From NCBI GenBank assembly GCA_963702205.1, contig OY969724.1:2016001-2080000 (forward strand): a DNA stretch of 64,000 nucleotides. Reading direction: 5' to 3'. The number at the start of each line of letters is the position of its first letter. The first letter of the stretch is position 1. A model generated the notes under the pieces. It made no database searches. It was not told where the DNA came from and saw only the letters and a list, made by a program, of their open reading frames with translations. Position numbers and translations under genes: made by a program. This DNA is from an uncultured candidate division Zixibacteria bacterium. GTDB taxonomy: Bacteria > Zixibacteria > MSB-5A5 > GN15 > PGXB01. Positions 60,482-64,000 of this stretch are shown here, piece by piece.

Positions 60482-62560
60482 TTAAGCCACTTTTTTCTGG
60501 AGTTTTTCGGCGATGACTTCTTCTTCGATATTTTTCGGCAGCGGCCGATAATCGAGGAATTCCATCGAGAAGCTGGCTCGTCCGCTTGACAGAGTGCGAA
60601 TGGTCGAAGCGTAGCCGAACATCTCTTTGAGCGGCACGGTTCCGTTGAGCTTCTGCGAGCCCTTGCGGAAACGGCGGAGCTTTTCGATCTTGCCGCGACG
60701 GCGGTTGATGTCGGCAATAATATCGCCCATGTATTCATCGGGCGTATTGATCTCAATTTTCATGATCGGTTCCAGAAGCTGCGGACCGGTCCGGTGGATT
60801 ATCTCGCGAAGCGCATGTGTCGTGCAAATGCGGAAAGTCATCTCGCTGGAGTCGACCTCATGGTAGGAGCCGTCGATAAGCACGAATTTCATGTCGATCA
60901 TCGGGAATCCGGCAATCAAACCTTTTTCGGCGGACTCGCGGAAGCCTTTTTCGACGCCGGGAATATATTCGCGGGGAATTCGGCCACCGGTGACAAGATT
61001 CGTAAATTCCAGCCCCTGGCCAGGATTGGGTTCCAGACGGAATTCTATATGAGCAAACTGGCCTTTGCCGCCGGTCTGCTTTTTATAGCGATATTTGTGG
61101 CTGAATTCGGATGTTATCGTCTCGCGGAAGGCAACCGCGGGCTGGCCGACTTTGACTGCGACCTTGTGTTCGGTTTTCAGGCGGTCGATGATAACGTCGA
61201 GATGCAGCTCACCCATACCGGAGATAATCGTCTCACCGGTTTCATCGTCGAATTTGGCATTGAACGAGGGGTCCTCAAGAGCGACTCGACTCAAGGCCAT
61301 GCCCAGCCGGTCGCGGTCTTTTCTGTCTTCGGCTTCGATACGCAAATCAAGCACGGTTTCCGGGTAGTGGATGCTTTCGAGCAGTATCGGGTCGCCCTCG
61401 TCGCAGAGCGTATTCCCGGTCGAGGTGGTTTTAAGGCCGATCAAGGCGGCGATGTCGCCGGCTTTGATTTCACTCATTTCCTGACGAGCCCCGGCGCGGA
61501 TACGCATGATCCGGCCGACCCGCTCCCGCTTACCGGTCGTGGAATTGAGAATATAGCTGCCAGCCTTAAGTTCGCCCGAGTACGCCCGGATAAACGTCTG
61601 CTGGCCGACAAACGGATCATTGATAATTTTAAAAGCCAGTGCCGAAAACGGGGGATTGGACGACGGACGTCTGGTTAACGTGGTCTCGTGGTCGTTGACA
61701 TCGACACCGCGAACCGAACCGCGATCGACCGGCGACGGCAGATAATCGACGACGGCGTCGAGCAAAAGCTGTATGCCTTTGTTCTTGAAAGCCGAGCCGC
61801 AGAAGACCGGGGTTATGCAAAGTCCCAGGGTGGCGGTGCGAGCGGCTCGCATTATATCTTCGGTCGTGATTTCTTTTTCGTCGAGGTACTTGCTCATCAA
61901 CTTGTCGTCGTAGTCGGCGAGTGTGGTGACAAGCGTATCGTGCAGTTCGGTGGCGCGGGGGAGGAGGTCTTCAGGGATGTCTTTTCCGACCCGCTGAAGA
62001 CTTTCGTAGTACGTGGCTTTCATCGTAACCAGATCAATAATGCCCTCGAAATTTTCTTCGTCACCGATCGGCATCTGGAACGCCAGGGCGTTGGCTCCAA
62101 GAGTTTCGTTCATCTGGTCGGTTGTCTGGAACATGTCGGCCCCGGCGCGGTCCATTTTGTTGATGAAGACGATGCGGGGGACTTTGTAGCGGTCGGCCTG
62201 ATGCCAGACTGTCTCGCTCTGGGGTTCGACGCCGCCGACGGCGCAAAAAACCATCACGATACCGTCGAGTACCCGCAGCGAGCGTTCCACTTCGAGGGTG
62301 AAGTCGATATGGCCGGGGGTGTCGATGATGTTTATCTGGTGGTCGTTCCAGGCGGTGGTTATGGCCGCCGAGGAAATGGTGATGCCGCGTTCCTGTTCCT
62401 GTTTCATGAAATCCATCACGGCTTCGCCGTCGTGCACTTCGCCCAACCGGTGTATCATCCCTGTGAAAAAGAGGATGCGCTCGGTCGTGGTTGTCTTGCC
62501 GGCGTCGATATGGGCCACAATGCCGATATTCCGAATATTATGTATGGTTGCCTGATCCAT
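60482..62560 (-). CDS. fusA: Elongation factor G (stand-alone copy)
   Basis: [40 protein letters not shown]. Confidence 0.95.
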   Translation of the reverse strand: MDQATIHNIRNIGIVAHIDAGKTTTTERILFFTGMIHRLGEVHDGEAVMDFMKQEQERGITISSAAITTAWNDHQINIIDTPGHIDFTLEVERSLRVLDGIVMVFCAVGGVEPQSETVWHQADRYKVPRIVFINKMDRAGADMFQTTDQMNETLGANALAFQMPIGDEENFEGIIDLVTMKATYYESLQRVGKDIPEDLLPRATELHDTLVTTLADYDDKLMSKYLDEKEITTEDIMRAARTATLGLCITPVFCGSAFKNKGIQLLLDAVVDYLPSPVDRGSVRGVDVNDHETTLTRRPSSNPPFSALAFKIINDPFVGQQTFIRAYSGELKAGSYILNSTTGKRERVGRIMRIRAGARQEMSEIKAGDIAALIGLKTTSTGNTLCDEGDPILLESIHYPETVLDLRIEAEDRKDRDRLGMALSRVALEDPSFNAKFDDETGETIISGMGELHLDVIIDRLKTEHKVAVKVGQPAVAFRETITSEFSHKYRYKKQTGGKGQFAHIEFRLEPNPGQGLEFTNLVTGGRIPREYIPGVEKGFRESAEKGLIAGFPMIDMKFVLIDGSYHEVDSSEMTFRICTTHALREIIHRTGPQLLEPIMKIEINTPDEYMGDIIADINRRRGKIEKLRRFRKGSQKLNGTVPLKEMFGYASTIRTLSSGRASFSMEFLDYRPLPKNIEEEVIAEKLQKKVA

Positions 62561-62805
62561 TGTTCTCAAAACCCCTTAGTTTTCTTGTAAAGCTTAAAAA
62601 AAAGCGTTAGTAAGGAGGACCGGGGAAACTAATCAATTTTCTTTAAACGTCAAGTAAAATCTTTTGTTCCGGGGCGTTTCGGTCAATTTTTGTGTAATTA
62701 TCGACCAAATTTGTAGATAATTGATTAAGAAAGGGCTAAGATTGGGTTAAGGACGCATCGCGTCTTTACTTTCAAATCGCGCCTTTCTTCGTTCCGTCGG
62801 GCGAG

Positions 62806-63315
62806 GTAGGTCGGGTTCCGAATCCCGATTTATCGGGATGAGAAACCCGACATCTTGCTGATGCAAGAACTCACTCACCCGTTGGGTGAGCTACAAGAAT
62901 TCTTGCTCGGTCCTAAAACCGGCAGACGAGGGCGTCTGCCGGTCACGGGGCCCGTACGTTGTGATCGGCGGGTCCTCAGGCCCGCCGACCACCCGGTCGA
63001 TCTAAGGATCGACCCTTCAAAGTTCAGGGCAGGCCGGGCACAACGCTGTGGAAATTCAAGTATGGATAAAAAATATCCCACCGCTAAAGCAGTGGGGCGC
63101 TCAATCTATATTAAGAAATCGAAGGGCAGAACCCTTTCGAAGACCCTGATCTTTTGAAGGGTAGTGGTTCTGCCGTCCTTTATGCTTTTGCGAATTGGCA
63201 GGACCGCGTCGCTTCGCTCACTTCGAATACTCAGTGCAGGCGGGTCCTGCCCTACTGAAGATGTCACGCCGCCCTTCACTTCGTTCAGGGTCTTCGACAA
63301 GTCGGCGTGACCTAC
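62806..63315. repeat. Cluster of heterogeneous GTAG/GTGG-tagged REP-like palindromes
   Basis: Hairpins at 62806-62851, 62874-62894, 62918-62946, 62961-62992, 62995-63018, 63077-63096, 63121-63174, 63197-63255, 63263-63315. Confidence 0.75.
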
Positions 63316-63890
63316 TTAAGAAGTTTTCTCACCAATGGTCTTGAATATGATATTCTCTGTACTATCTCGAAACCGGCGTTTTCGAAAATTTTCAGCGGGC
63401 CGGTCCAGGTGAAAGCCGGGGGGAGGCGGTTGCCGTCTTTGGTCAAAGGCACCGGATAGCCCTCTATGATTTTCACTTTACACTTTTTCATGAATTTCAC
63501 AGCAGCGTTCAGCATCTCACGAGACAATCCCTGTCCGCGATAGGCCTTATCTATAAAAAAGCAGTTGATCGACCAGACGTCTTTGGTATCTTCACGTTTG
63601 TACGCTTTGGTTTTGTCGAGCCGAGGAAATTCCGAACGGGGACCGTAGGAGCACCAGCCGACACATTTATCTTTGTCGTACGCGAGCAGGCCGGTCATCT
63701 CGCCGGACAGAATCAGGTTCTTCGTTGCGGTTTTGGCGGGCGAGCCTTTGATCATCTCCCAGGCGCGTCCGTGCGTCGGCACCCGCCAGCTCTGGCACCA
63801 GCATCCGCCGCAGGCGCCGTTGTCGCCGAACAGCTTCTCGAAATCTCTCCAGAGTTCCGGCACGATTTCTTTGAAAGTGAATTTTGGCAT
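63312..63890 (-). CDS. GNAT-family N-acetyltransferase
   Basis: GGCWC, VGWCSYGPR, CFFIDKAYRGQG, IEGYP, FENAGF. Confidence 0.9.
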   Translation of the reverse strand: MPKFTFKEIVPELWRDFEKLFGDNGACGGCWCQSWRVPTHGRAWEMIKGSPAKTATKNLILSGEMTGLLAYDKDKCVGWCSYGPRSEFPRLDKTKAYKREDTKDVWSINCFFIDKAYRGQGLSREMLNAAVKFMKKCKVKIIEGYPVPLTKDGNRLPPAFTWTGPLKIFENAGFEIVQRISYSRPLVRKLLK

Positions 63891-63987
63891 AATATGATTT
63901 TTATCTATACCAATTGTAGCAATCAAATGCTATTTTGCCGCATTTTAGGCATTGTGCCTCAAAATCTCTCAAATCGGAGCTTCTTAA

Positions 63988-64000
63988 TATGTCAGGTCCC
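63988..64000. repeat. Left arm of another TGTCAGGTC hairpin, truncated by window edge
   Basis: TATGTCAGGTCCC matches the family arm; second arm not visible. Confidence 0.5.

Noticed and set aside
62855..63300. Short ORFs in the fusA-GNAT intergenic region
   Set aside because: They run through stacked palindromes and show no protein-like features.

Overview
Bacterial chromosomal window, mostly + strand. The gene content suggests an FCB-superphylum organism such as a Zixibacteria-like MAG (inference only). In order it carries: an outer-membrane protein/BamA-like pair; a DGGGP-synthase-like UbiA prenyltransferase; a MoxR-DUF58-BatABCDE operon; corA; a TetR-TolC-MFP-RND pump coupled to bacillithiol genes bshC-bshA-bshB1; tRNA-Sec; a glycosylation cluster; accA; mreC-mreD-mrdA-rodA; gap-pgk-tpiA-secG-tRNA-Leu; and a stand-alone EF-G. 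The most unusual region is 54.3-56.4 kb. There a REP-associated HUH tyrosine transposase (RAYT) sits between two identical 46-bp hairpin repeats and is followed by an 86-bp tandem array of five hairpins. The array linkers appear to encode the last codons and stop of a diverged RAYT gene, at exactly the same spacing from the hairpin as the intact gene. A second, heterogeneous cluster of GTAG-like hairpins lies at 62.8-63.3 kb. Five frameshifts and one premature amber stop in otherwise intact genes are probably sequencing artefacts, and the frameshifts map to GTAC and CCCGG motifs.
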